Position numbers and translations under genes: made by a program
Assembly: GCA_000002435.2 (NCBI GenBank)
Contig: CM018793.1
Length of the DNA stretch: 64,000 bases
Strand: one strand, 5' to 3'
DNA from: Giardia intestinalis
Lineage: Eukaryota
The notes under the pieces: generated by a model
Seen by the model: the letters and a program-made list of their open reading frames with translations, nothing else
Told to the model about the DNA's origin: nothing
The model's database searches: none
Part shown: positions 32,301 to 41,439 of the stretch, in pieces
How the letters are laid out: every line of letters begins with the position of its first letter
How positions within the stretch are numbered: the first letter of the stretch is position 1

Positions 32301-34479
32301 ACTGGATCTTGACCAGCTCAAGGCCCGAGCCTACGCCGTTGCATCGTGTTACGTTTCATTCCAAAAGACTCGAGGAGGATCTAAAAGCGCAAAGAGGGCG
32401 TACTATGATCTCTATGGCTACACACTTATTAATGAGCAGGACTTTAGTGATCACATACTTCAGTACAAGGAAAATCTCTCCTTCCAGGTAGATCTGCGGT
32501 CCGTCCATGCCGATAGCTTCTTTGATTTGGCGCGAGAGCCGGAGTTCACCCTCGAGATCAACGTGAAACTGAAAACTATGGAGGAAGCGCACTCCCCGGT
32601 GGTGAACGACATTCCAAACTTACGCTGGGAAGAATATAAGGTTCTTGAAGACACGACCACGGTCACACTAGACCCCAAGCGACCGGAAAGCAAACCCATT
32701 TCTGTGGACGGCCACACTCTAGACCTGCTCGGCACTCAGCGGGACATGACATTGGTAAGAAAAGCTCTTCCGGATAAGAGGCACGTAACAAGGTCTGAAC
32801 TTGTTTCCATCCTGGACAACTATCTGGCTTACGTAGAAAAGGAGAACAGCGCCTTTTATACTGCGGAGAGGCTAACGCAGATGTCAATGCGCGCCTCGCA
32901 GATCTTACAGCAATATGTGTCCATATATCCGCATTACACAGGCTCTGTGTGCCTTTTTCCTGGCTTAGAAAGCTACGAGCGCCGTTACCACGCCAATGAC
33001 CGCCTCGTTGTGTCGCTGATCTCCCCGATGCCCTCTCAATTGGCGCGGCTGGGGTTGCAGCTGGACTATAAAGCTAATGATTTGTACTTCCTGCAAACTG
33101 GTGAGCCAGGCGGACAGATAAATATTAGGAACAGGCCCCACTGGATGCGGATTAGTGAGCATGAGATACACCTTCAGCTGGCCAATCCTCACCACATCGA
33201 CCAAATACTTTCTCCCTATATTGTCGTCTCCTCGTCCAGTCCAGAGGTCTTTATCAGGTCCACTCAGATTCAGCTAGTCTTTCTTCTAGAGTACATCAAG
33301 AAGGGCATAAAGAGGACAGGAACGCCGCTGACTAGCGTGGTAAATGTCAACTGCCATCCGTATATGCCGCTGATAACCAACTTGCGTGTGTGTTTGCCCC
33401 ACGCAGTACCAAAGGAGTTGCAGAGCACAGTCTTTAATGTGGTTTTTGGGGTCAATACGCTTACGCGCGAGGTCTTTCTTGTGAGCCCAGATTGCAACGG
33501 GTGCTATATTTCTCAGCAGGAGGTAGAATATTTGCAGGTACTTAGCGCCACCAGTGGGGCGGCCAAACATAGAGTAGGCGAATCTGCAATCTATGACGAC
33601 GACGTCCTTCTGGAAAACAGCCACTTTTCTAGCGACAGCCAGACTCTGGAGTGTCGGGTTGTGCGGCTAGATGCGCTTGATGACCAGATTCATGGAATTC
33701 AGGGGGACCTTGCCGGACCGTCGGTGCGAACACCGAAGCCGCGATTGGCCATCCTCCCCGGTGCGAACAGGACCTTCTGCTCGCTGCCTCATATCATCAA
33801 GGCCGGCCTGGGAAGAGTCGGCGTTGTATATTTGGTGTGCAGCCTGAACAGGGAGCTGTTGCCCATTTACTTCAGCGAGGGTAACAATTACCATGTCGTT
33901 GAGCTTTGGAAGGGGCAATCTATAGTTCTCAGGTTTGGCATCACGTGGTCGATGTACAGACACACATACAGTGAGATGAGTGCCGGAGTATCCATCCAGG
34001 CGCCCACCCAGCTCATCTCCACTGAAGCATCTCTTATCAATACGATACCAAACGTCTACAACGGCTCCTTCTCGATCCCCGGGCCGGGGGTGTACGTGCT
34101 GTCTCTCTTCCCCGCAGTTGGCGTAACAACTGCAAATCCGTCGGCGCACAAAGGCATAGTGTGTCTAATAAAAGTGAAGGAGATCCCAGAGATCGCACAT
34201 AGGTATAAGGTCACAGTTAAGGGGGTCGAGAACAAACGCTTTCAATACAGTAACCAGGCATCCAGGGGCCCGAATGTGCAAATGGAGAGGCCGTCCATTA
34301 CTAAGCTTCTTAGCGTGACGCCAGGGTCGGAGTCTGAGCCGGGGTCAGGGATTGTAAAGTTCAGGTGCGGAAGGTGGATATGGTGCCGCCCGTACGAAAC
34401 CACCGCGCGGGTATTGGTCTATAGCGCGGAGGACACACAGGCGCCCTATGCGGTCCTATTTTATTTGCGATTTGAATAA
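29377..34479 (+). CDS. Hypothetical 1700-aa protein located between the two H2B copies.
   Basis: Uninterrupted ORF with a Ser-rich disordered middle. No family recognised. The start may instead be the ATG at 29401. Confidence 0.6.
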   Translation: MPLINRKAMSWNTIYRAHLAQIPYPDVLATTKDGRAFGAMIWGINDISFSASFASKRQGGQLGIWFRVSIFDMTNRLIVGNELVSKIARSPSLTDDGAYRELSSPMPYVFVTHVPPEHGLLIQLCAIIYTGETRVIESHPSCFVPELANNVVVQDEIVLGWTLFRYEDKGIRRIESLLAETGDTAVFEQQLIRGNPADLFNDSHDVLSILSRKSKGSRKAPFLRYILFKYKQRDLAIPDTPRYVIPFFSLIDAVHCPPIFAPRGKVRLQSRLDCIEVPGTLLDSPDRTEMIRLSVDAAAASVARFYDFNSCEGPQSPHASRSGACVGALRMVETYAFEQHIKECIAQLLAPKLADRAGHDVDERSIRIHILGYTIKILPHDGFQPMADAPYEIPLGWIAEGGRRSASRRHRKKMSAPSDASRTLMESQKGALYDISSRQVSSEAMARTDLKYDMSSILHADSRSKKKQSHKKVGHRPIAVQMHAGLVVAICVTISIGLNTTGHKDIFLPRCEFCLGWGAIDVLPALFSSQTKSVPCTIQLKTEDEFTVGVPGINLPILNCNKVTRIDIWAKDDDIIERSKHAKHRAHSRSTSNDAHGRERSWSRVRSSSQNRVDAKARSAQRSASRYSDTRSASESYTEVSSTSDSESDGGYSHTMSGSTSMMDCFYEYICPVVSLSFHLTKEEETASATNRSSPRVQAIAESTKKVEDSLGPSVVLNSPQQTSRLDSDSDSDYITQTPTVKQRKVQGNDSVESLIKLSSAPNTSDPLDGSLGEVPEDISDQTDGRPIDKNSYVLEASSSPERIERDRRSEHSHRSSTPCSRDSTVPQHLPPIGFEAQSRGSGPHTQKKSKCTDEGGASQASRDTALQMTANLEQTLTQIRAYDPQTYRKYKNYSETRVLAISPLQTRLNGIGFIHALYHGSGGDMQEVYGETINLSDLSGPKNVSPYYLSTPAPLSSQLIGCTISLCVLTYDSTLDLDQLKARAYAVASCYVSFQKTRGGSKSAKRAYYDLYGYTLINEQDFSDHILQYKENLSFQVDLRSVHADSFFDLAREPEFTLEINVKLKTMEEAHSPVVNDIPNLRWEEYKVLEDTTTVTLDPKRPESKPISVDGHTLDLLGTQRDMTLVRKALPDKRHVTRSELVSILDNYLAYVEKENSAFYTAERLTQMSMRASQILQQYVSIYPHYTGSVCLFPGLESYERRYHANDRLVVSLISPMPSQLARLGLQLDYKANDLYFLQTGEPGGQINIRNRPHWMRISEHEIHLQLANPHHIDQILSPYIVVSSSSPEVFIRSTQIQLVFLLEYIKKGIKRTGTPLTSVVNVNCHPYMPLITNLRVCLPHAVPKELQSTVFNVVFGVNTLTREVFLVSPDCNGCYISQQEVEYLQVLSATSGAAKHRVGESAIYDDDVLLENSHFSSDSQTLECRVVRLDALDDQIHGIQGDLAGPSVRTPKPRLAILPGANRTFCSLPHIIKAGLGRVGVVYLVCSLNRELLPIYFSEGNNYHVVELWKGQSIVLRFGITWSMYRHTYSEMSAGVSIQAPTQLISTEASLINTIPNVYNGSFSIPGPGVYVLSLFPAVGVTTANPSAHKGIVCLIKVKEIPEIAHRYKVTVKGVENKRFQYSNQASRGPNVQMERPSITKLLSVTPGSESEPGSGIVKFRCGRWIWCRPYETTARVLVYSAEDTQAPYAVLFYLRFE

Positions 34480-34486
34480 CTGCACA

Positions 34487-34502
34487 GGGGCGCAGATTTC
34501 GG
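34487..34502 (+). promoter_or_regulatory. Histone-gene upstream motif, copy 2.
   Basis: Same 16-mer, at the same offset from the ATG as copy 1. Confidence 0.5.
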
Positions 34503-34536
34503 CTGCGGAAGGGGGGAAAAAGCGGGCGGGAAAGAA

Positions 34537-34929
34537 ATGTCGAAGGTGGAGACGAAGCGCCTGATGAAGAAGACGGAGGCCGGGGACAAGGGCGACGCGA
34601 AGCGCAAGCACAAGCGCCACGAGACGTACGCGACGTACATCTACAAGGTCCTCCGCTCGGAGAACATCCGCTCCGAGGCAGACACGGACCTCGGGATCTC
34701 GAACAAGGGCATGGAGGTGATGAACTCGCTCGTGAACGACCTCTTCGAGCGCATCGCGTCCGAGGCGTCGAACCTCGCGAAGATCAGCAAGCGGAACACG
34801 ATCGGGAAGAAGGACATCGAGTCCGCCGCGAAGCTCGTCATCCCGGGCGAGATCGGCCGCCTGATCCGCGACGAGGCCGACAAGGCCCTCTCGAAGTTCA
34901 CGTCCTCGAAGGAGTCCACGAAGAAGTAA
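34537..34929 (+). CDS. H2B: Histone H2B (130 aa), copy 2.
   Basis: Identical protein to copy 1. The stop is embedded in AGTAAAT. Confidence 0.9.
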   Translation: MSKVETKRLMKKTEAGDKGDAKRKHKRHETYATYIYKVLRSENIRSEADTDLGISNKGMEVMNSLVNDLFERIASEASNLAKISKRNTIGKKDIESAAKLVIPGEIGRLIRDEADKALSKFTSSKESTKK

Positions 34930-34930
34930 A

Positions 34931-35509
34931 TTATAGCCCGCGTGCTAGTATTAGAAGGAAGGCGCCTGCCAAAGCGAGTCCCAGAAGGCCTCGGCGTCGT
35001 GGAGTGCGCGAGAGGACCTCTAGTAGGAAAGGAGGGACCCGAGGCTGATCAGAGGCCGTGGCGTTTTTCATAGGCAAGAGGTCGCTTGCAAGCATCCCAG
35101 AGAGTAGGTATGCCCTGAAAGCATTAGCATCCGCAAATGCGCGGCAACGAGTTGAGTCAGCAAGAAGACCGGCTAGCTCGGCCTGATGGTTTTCGTGGAG
35201 ATTTGTGTTGACAATGAGAAAGTGGGGCAACCGGAGCTGCATGGCCTCCAAGTAAATCCCAGTCGCTGCGTGGCTAAAGATTACATCCGCGTCTTCAAGG
35301 TACGAAGCGAGCGATGGAGCGTAATCAAAGGAGGACACTTTGAGCCCAATGTTAACTGCAGAGGGCGGCACCTTGAATGGCGAGCTGCCATGCTGAACAG
35401 TCAAGTGGGTAACACCGACTCGGGCCAGCGCCTGAAGAACTTCCTCGTCGCCGAAAATGCAGACCAACTCGTCAAATCTCGTGGTCCCGACTGATGTGAA
35501 AACACGCAT
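34931..35509 (-). CDS. ALG13: ALG13-like UDP-GlcNAc transferase subunit (glycosyltransferase family 28 C-terminal domain) with a C-terminal hydrophobic segment.
   Basis: N-terminus MRVFTSVGTTRFDELV matches the Alg13 signature (M..VFVTVGTT.FD.L). Length is 192 aa. The C-terminus is hydrophobic (LLGLALAGAFLLIL). Confidence 0.65.
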   Translation of the reverse strand: MRVFTSVGTTRFDELVCIFGDEEVLQALARVGVTHLTVQHGSSPFKVPPSAVNIGLKVSSFDYAPSLASYLEDADVIFSHAATGIYLEAMQLRLPHFLIVNTNLHENHQAELAGLLADSTRCRAFADANAFRAYLLSGMLASDLLPMKNATASDQPRVPPFLLEVLSRTPRRRGLLGLALAGAFLLILARGL

Positions 35510-35530
35510 TTTGTTTTAAGTTTCCCCTAT

Positions 35531-36007
35531 ATGACGACAAGCAGCCTCATTGCAGATCTACCGAAGTGGCGGGCTGTGCCTGACGAGCAATATGCAGCGT
35601 TGAAAACAAATGCCCGTTCGCCCAAGGATGCACATGGAGCAAGGGAGTTGACGCCTGCGCAGCGCAACGTGCTCTTCAACCATGGCACAGAACAAGCCTT
35701 TAACAACGAGTACTATGCATGCAAAAGCTCGGGAACATACATTTGTCGCGCTTGCCACCTTGCACTCTTCAGCTCCGGGGACAAGTTTGACTCTGGGACC
35801 GGCTGGCCATCCTTTGTGTCTCCACTTGATTATCGCGTAGTAGCATATACGCATGATACCTCTCATAATATGGAGCGCACAGAGGTGCATTGCGCGAATT
35901 GTGGGGCTCACCAGGGGCACGTGTTCAACGACGGGCCTGCTCCAACAGGTCTTCGCTTCTGCATCAATAGCGCGTCCATCTTATTACGTCCTGAAGATAG
36001 TAAATAG
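35531..36007 (+). CDS. msrB: Methionine-R-sulfoxide reductase B (MsrB/SelR).
   Basis: GTGWPSF motif, CxxC...CxxC zinc ligands (CRACH...CANCG) and the catalytic RTEVHC...HQGHVFNDGP signature. Separated by a 21-bp divergent gap from ALG13. Stop in AGTAAAT. Confidence 0.85.
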   Translation: MTTSSLIADLPKWRAVPDEQYAALKTNARSPKDAHGARELTPAQRNVLFNHGTEQAFNNEYYACKSSGTYICRACHLALFSSGDKFDSGTGWPSFVSPLDYRVVAYTHDTSHNMERTEVHCANCGAHQGHVFNDGPAPTGLRFCINSASILLRPEDSK

Positions 36008-36013
36008 CTTAGC

Positions 36014-38440
36014 TTAAGCAAACGTTGCCTCAAATTCTCTGATTCTCTCTATGGCGCCTTCAATACTGTCGACCGGCTGCACTCGGTTGCGAATCCAAGA
36101 GCTCAGTCTCTCGGTGTGCTCAGCGAACCGGCTATCAAAGAGGATGAAGCTGCACCAATCATCCTTGTGGCGAATTCCTCGTCCCATGCACTGGTTGACA
36201 AGCGTGAACGCATGGTCCATAAGAAATTGCTCGCCGCGTTGTCTGTGTTTTTCCCGCACAATTGGGTCACCCAAATTGGGAAACGGAATACCTACAACAA
36301 CGAGGCGGCGGCATAGGTTGTCCTTGAAGTCCAAGCCTTCACTCACCCTGGCTCCTGCACTGGCGCACAAAATGCACCTGGAGCTACCAAGTGCTAGTGC
36401 ATAGGTCTCCATTAGTTTGTCAACAGACTCTCCTGCTCGCTCAAAGAAAACAGCGGGGACGGATTTGTTGGTCAAGGATGCTGAGAAGATAAGAAAGCGG
36501 TCTCTGATCTTCTCCACGATGCGGTACGATGGAAAGAAGACCAGTGTACCAGTACAATCTCTGCCACTCTTGGCAATCTCCATAATATTCTGGAAGACAA
36601 CATCTACTTGCTCAGGCGTCCAACTTGACGCAACAAAGAGGGCTTTTTGCTGCCCAGTGGCCTTTGTAGTCAGCGAGACCTGTTGAATGAGGGTTCTGCT
36701 GGGGGCTGCCACATGATCTATGGAGCAGCAGCTGTTCGGATCTGCTGGCTGACCAAGAAGCTCCCTACTGTAGTAAGAGAAGGGACCTAGTGTTCCAGAG
36801 ACAAAACATATCTGCGCTTCGTAGTCTCTGCGGCCGTCCCTGGATGTATTAAACAATCTTCTGAAAGGAGACCTAGTCTTGCTGTCCACAGGGGAGCTGA
36901 ATTTATATAGATGTAGTGTCCTGGGTCGGTCTCCGGTCACGTAAGTTTTGTACAGCTCGCGCGTGTCAATCTCTGCAAGAATGCGGATCATGGATACAAC
37001 TGAGTAGATTCTCTGGCGCGGCTTATCGGTCATGTCTGACTCCTTGCACAATCCACACAGTTTTTGTGGAATTCTATTCAATAGAAGAAGATTGAGAGCT
37101 TCACAGAAGTCAAATCCCCTCAGTCTGAGTGAGGTTAATAGTTCGGTGATTGGGGTAAGAACATCGCACGTGGCCGTTTTGCTTAGATATTTCCTAATTA
37201 TGCCGAGGACTGTCGCCAGTCTGTCCAAAAGGCGTGCTGTTGGATTGGGAAGGCCTAAGCGCGTCTGGAGAAGATACTTATTGAGCGCTTTGATAAAGCA
37301 GTCCAGATCATCTTCGGAAACAGTACACGAGTTCCGAGCGTCTAAGGCCCCGGGCATGGCGTGTGCCTCGTCCACTAAAAGGAGAAGCGGGGCCGACTCT
37401 AACAGCCCTAACGATCCTGCAGCACCATGCAGTTCCTCCACGAGCATCGCGTGAGAGAGAAGCACGACAGAAGCATGCATTGCGGCATGCCTAGCGCTAT
37501 AATATGGGCATACACCGAGAGCGCTGCAACGTTCACGGAACGCTGAAGGAGAGCGTATCCCAGACAGACACAATGCAGTGCCCACAAGCACCTTGGCGGG
37601 GCTGTAATAGTTACACCTGGAGTTCTTGCGCAAGTCTTCGCAGAGTTCGCCAAGATCCTCTAGGTCTGCACCTGAAGACGACTGGAGACAGTATGTGTCT
37701 CGCCCAGCCAGCGATACAACGGGGGCAGTGGAGAAGTCAAATTTCTGGGGTCCTTGCTTCTCAATGATCCCTCTGAATCGGCGAAATGCTTCTACAAGCT
37801 GTGCTATCTGCGCATGTGTTCGCGTCGAAAGCAGGACGCATCCTTTCCCCAGGTAGCCCGTAGCACCATTCTCTGGATGGCCCCGGCCATCTATAGCACT
37901 GTGTGGCTGCGTGAGGGACAGATAAGTGTCTAGAGACAAGATCTTGTCCAGACCCAGAAATGCAAAGAGGAACGAATACGAGTTTGCAGCTGCCTGCTTA
38001 CGTAGTGGCTCAGCTGTAAGACTAGGGTCCGTGTGCTTCTTGGAGGCGTACTCCAAAAGAGTCTTCAAAGCATCTGGATTTGCGTAAGACTCTGCTATAT
38101 GGAGGAGTTGCCCAACAAAGGCCCTGTTTATGTGCCTCGAAGCAGAAACCAACTCAGCGGCCGCCTGTTCGCTGGCATCTACAGCCCAGTCAGGGAGCTT
38201 GTTGACACTACCCAGCTTAGTACTTGCACCAGATTGCACAGATTCCACTTTAGAATGGGTGCCTACCAAGTTTTCCAGGCTATTGATCCAATCCCACGCC
38301 GTGTGAAACAGCATCGCCGTCTTCCCGGTCCCTGTGGGGGCGTCCAAAAAGGCAGGAACTTTGTTAGCAATGCAGCGCTTTAAGAAGGATACGCCCTCCT
38401 GCTGCACGGCGTAAGGAGAGAAGGGGAAGAAAGCAAGCAT
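36014..38440 (-). CDS. XPD/Rad3-family Fe-S DNA helicase (DDX11/Chl1- or RTEL1-like), 808 aa.
   Basis: N-terminus FPFSPYAVQ...LDAPTGTGKT (Walker A) is typical of the DDX11/RTEL1/XPD family. There are Fe-S-domain cysteines including the CPYY hallmark. The C-terminal helicase motif VVVGIPFPN...GRGIRH.DD...ILFDSRF is present. Confidence 0.85.
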   Translation of the reverse strand: MLAFFPFSPYAVQQEGVSFLKRCIANKVPAFLDAPTGTGKTAMLFHTAWDWINSLENLVGTHSKVESVQSGASTKLGSVNKLPDWAVDASEQAAAELVSASRHINRAFVGQLLHIAESYANPDALKTLLEYASKKHTDPSLTAEPLRKQAAANSYSFLFAFLGLDKILSLDTYLSLTQPHSAIDGRGHPENGATGYLGKGCVLLSTRTHAQIAQLVEAFRRFRGIIEKQGPQKFDFSTAPVVSLAGRDTYCLQSSSGADLEDLGELCEDLRKNSRCNYYSPAKVLVGTALCLSGIRSPSAFRERCSALGVCPYYSARHAAMHASVVLLSHAMLVEELHGAAGSLGLLESAPLLLLVDEAHAMPGALDARNSCTVSEDDLDCFIKALNKYLLQTRLGLPNPTARLLDRLATVLGIIRKYLSKTATCDVLTPITELLTSLRLRGFDFCEALNLLLLNRIPQKLCGLCKESDMTDKPRQRIYSVVSMIRILAEIDTRELYKTYVTGDRPRTLHLYKFSSPVDSKTRSPFRRLFNTSRDGRRDYEAQICFVSGTLGPFSYYSRELLGQPADPNSCCSIDHVAAPSRTLIQQVSLTTKATGQQKALFVASSWTPEQVDVVFQNIMEIAKSGRDCTGTLVFFPSYRIVEKIRDRFLIFSASLTNKSVPAVFFERAGESVDKLMETYALALGSSRCILCASAGARVSEGLDFKDNLCRRLVVVGIPFPNLGDPIVREKHRQRGEQFLMDHAFTLVNQCMGRGIRHKDDWCSFILFDSRFAEHTERLSSWIRNRVQPVDSIEGAIERIREFEATFA

Positions 38441-38476
38441 CTGGGCGCCTGCTCAGAAAAATCTAAAAATCAAATT

Positions 38477-41434
38477 ATGACATCCCAACTTGATAAGGTG
38501 TTCGAGCATGAGTTGGATGTTGTCCAGTCGTTGAAGGGAACCCTTAGCAAGAAGGACAAGATACACTTTTGTAAGTGGATCTCGCGGTTACAATACATCT
38601 GCAGAACAAAACACGAACGGACTATCCGGAATCGTTATCTCGAGCTTCTTTCGCTTCAGATCCAGCTCCTAGGGCATCTGGAGGAGCCATTCACGCGACT
38701 ACCGCTGGAGGGTAATCTGGAGTCCATTCCTAGCTACTGGTTGGAGCGATTGCAGAAGACCCGCGCAGGCCTCAGCCGGGGTCGCTCCCCACAGCCTCTG
38801 GTCCACGAGCGGCAGGGGCCACAATCTCCACGATTTTCTCACATGGGAATAGGACAACACGTCTCTTCTCTTCCACACCAGTTTGGAGATCACCGGCACG
38901 TCAGCTTTGGCGAAGATAACGCCAATCCAGACGGGTATGCATACGTTAGCAGCGCCTTGGGGGGAAACCTTTCGAACTCAGGCGTCCACACAGACTATAA
39001 ACATGAACTGCCAAAAGGACAGCAGCAGGCGGAGTTCCCACTGTCTTCTTTTAAGGGGGCGTCGTTTACATCGCAGTCTTTTGCCGACGAGCCAGCGCAC
39101 GCTATTACGATGGCTGCACAGAGAGACACTCCAACCTTTGACACTATTAAGGCAGCCAAGCGTGCAAGATACGATACCCCGGATGCCAGCTTGATGCGCG
39201 ATTCTTTCCCTGACATTCAGTACTTACAACTTACGCGGCCGCCACTAACTGACGCGTTGTCCAATAGGATGAATACATTGCTGCAGCACGAAATCCCAAC
39301 ACACCTGCAGGGACACAATCAGATGCAACCTCACTCCTTACAGAGGGGAGCGACCAACAGCGATGCAGACGAAGCAAATGGATATAATATCTCGATTGCA
39401 GAGCTACGTGCCGTGCCCGAGGCAGTGCCTAGTATGGTTGCAAGCGTTCACAAGCTAGTCGCTTCTGTGATAGATAACAGCTCCGTGGTCCACCAGTTCG
39501 GTAGTCCTAGCAGGAGCTGCTCTGGACTGCCGAGAGCTACTGAGCAGAGCCTGTCTGTGGAAAGCATTCGGAGCCGCAGAATCCTGTCAGCTTCACGTAT
39601 GGACAACGGCGCCGCTCCTGCTCTTGCGACTGAACAGCGCTATGTCGTCGCTGCAACAATAGAGGCGCCTATTTCTGCGCACACATCAAGGAGTGGAACG
39701 GCCGCGAGCACACGGTCGGCACGGGGCTCCGAGGCCCTTGCTGATCCTCCTATCGTGACTGCCTCTCAGCGAGACCTGGGCGGCCATCCTGCCACTACTT
39801 TAACGGACGATGGGCCAGACTGCCACGTTACCACAATGAATGTGCTGCACGCCTCGCAAGCACTGATAGAGCCGTCCGAGGCTCGTCCTGTTTTATCGCC
39901 CCGTCGTAGCGCTGTCAGCTATGTAACCTCTGAGGTCCATGCAGAGCCGCTTCCCACAGACTCTCGCCCTGATGGCACTACCGAATCCGTTACCTATAGA
40001 ACGCAAAAGGACTATGCAACGAGCGAACCAAGCTCTGTTGTGCACAGCTACACTAAAGACGGGCTGGGCCCGACCATTGTATCAGATGCGCTTATGACTT
40101 CGACAGACGTGTCTCTGTCAACAGAAGCTGTTGCAGATGCGGATTCTGGGGTAAGAACGCTTATTATCAAGCCGCGCACGTCTTCCTCTGTTCCAGAGCT
40201 AGCTTCTGTCCAGGTAGTTGGGACTATACCACTGAGAGGACCGGAGTCATTTTCAGTTGCGCCTCCCTCAGCTCAGCAGGATAACAATGGAACGGAAAAC
40301 GAGCCCGCTCCTACTGTTCTTTGTGCGCCGTTAGCAATAGCAGACACTACTGCTGTTCAGGAGACTGAGAACGAGGTCCTGACCGCCATCACTGAACTTC
40401 CTGAAGTGGATGCACAGACACTTTACTTAGAAGGAACACATCAGGACGACCACTTGATAAAGCCTGTGAAGGCAGACTTTGTTCCTCATGTCATTCCCAC
40501 GAGCTCTCCAAGAAGTGGGAGCTACAAGTCCGTCATGGCTCTAGATAAGGGTGACATTTCCCCTGCTAGGTCCCCCACAGGTAGTGCCGATTCCAGGCAC
40601 AAAAAGCCGCGGGTGCGACTCTTACCCACTGATTCGCATGAGCCTGTGCGGAAATTAGATACCAGCGCGTCTTTGACCCCAGATGCAGTAGTAGCCCAGC
40701 CAAGCGGACAAGCAAGTTGCGTCGTTGCCAAGTCATCGCCCCGGCGGATGGCAGGACAGAGTCTATATTCAGACCTCCTGTTCAGCCGCATGGAGTCGCT
40801 GGCCTCTTCAATCTCTCAGTCAATTCTTGAGTCTAAAGGTCCAAACCCAGACCTTATCACGCAGCCCCCGATGCCCAAGCAAGACCCGGACCTGGTGGAG
40901 ACGCTACTGACCAAGAAGGAAGGGGCAGGTTCTAGTTTCGTTGCGCCCGACTTGGCAGACGCGGAGGACAACGTTGATCAGTCACTTTACTTTGTTGTCA
41001 CAGACAAGCGAGGTCAGGACGTCCTGTCCCCAGACACGGTTACATGTGAGGCTGCTGGCCGCCGCCTAATCAACTCCAGCCCCCCAGATGACGACGAGGC
41101 CGCCGTGACGGCGATAATGAGCACGTACCAGCATTTCGGGCAGCGGACCTTCGAGGAGCGCAGTCCTAGCTCTGACTTTGATGAACCAGAGCCTCCCATG
41201 GTTGTTTGCGACGCGGGAGATGCCCCGCCGGTCGTGATAAGGGCCGGGGCCGTTGCGCCGCCCATGTCCTTCGAGGAGAACATAGCCCTGCTGCAGAGCG
41301 CCAAGCAGGACGGCTGCATCTCCTATTCGCGGAGCCGCGCCGGGTCCAGGGCTCTCTCTCTGAGCCGGCGGAGCGTGTCGGCAGGCCGGCGCTCCGAGGC
41401 CCCGCCTCTGCAGCCGCAGCGTCACTGTAAATAG
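38477..41434 (+). CDS. Hypothetical 985-aa protein: about 100-aa structured N-terminal domain followed by a long S/T/P-rich disordered region.
   Basis: Long ORF sharing a 36-bp divergent promoter with the helicase gene. No recognised domain. Confidence 0.55.
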   Translation: MTSQLDKVFEHELDVVQSLKGTLSKKDKIHFCKWISRLQYICRTKHERTIRNRYLELLSLQIQLLGHLEEPFTRLPLEGNLESIPSYWLERLQKTRAGLSRGRSPQPLVHERQGPQSPRFSHMGIGQHVSSLPHQFGDHRHVSFGEDNANPDGYAYVSSALGGNLSNSGVHTDYKHELPKGQQQAEFPLSSFKGASFTSQSFADEPAHAITMAAQRDTPTFDTIKAAKRARYDTPDASLMRDSFPDIQYLQLTRPPLTDALSNRMNTLLQHEIPTHLQGHNQMQPHSLQRGATNSDADEANGYNISIAELRAVPEAVPSMVASVHKLVASVIDNSSVVHQFGSPSRSCSGLPRATEQSLSVESIRSRRILSASRMDNGAAPALATEQRYVVAATIEAPISAHTSRSGTAASTRSARGSEALADPPIVTASQRDLGGHPATTLTDDGPDCHVTTMNVLHASQALIEPSEARPVLSPRRSAVSYVTSEVHAEPLPTDSRPDGTTESVTYRTQKDYATSEPSSVVHSYTKDGLGPTIVSDALMTSTDVSLSTEAVADADSGVRTLIIKPRTSSSVPELASVQVVGTIPLRGPESFSVAPPSAQQDNNGTENEPAPTVLCAPLAIADTTAVQETENEVLTAITELPEVDAQTLYLEGTHQDDHLIKPVKADFVPHVIPTSSPRSGSYKSVMALDKGDISPARSPTGSADSRHKKPRVRLLPTDSHEPVRKLDTSASLTPDAVVAQPSGQASCVVAKSSPRRMAGQSLYSDLLFSRMESLASSISQSILESKGPNPDLITQPPMPKQDPDLVETLLTKKEGAGSSFVAPDLADAEDNVDQSLYFVVTDKRGQDVLSPDTVTCEAAGRRLINSSPPDDDEAAVTAIMSTYQHFGQRTFEERSPSSDFDEPEPPMVVCDAGDAPPVVIRAGAVAPPMSFEENIALLQSAKQDGCISYSRSRAGSRALSLSRRSVSAGRRSEAPPLQPQRHCK

Positions 41435-41439
41435 TTGTC

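Larger units (their letters stand above)
34481..34945. repeat. 465-bp direct repeat copy 2 (H2B unit). Its 3' end overlaps the stop codon of the ALG13-like gene.
   Basis: Identical to 28207..28671. Confidence 0.9.
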
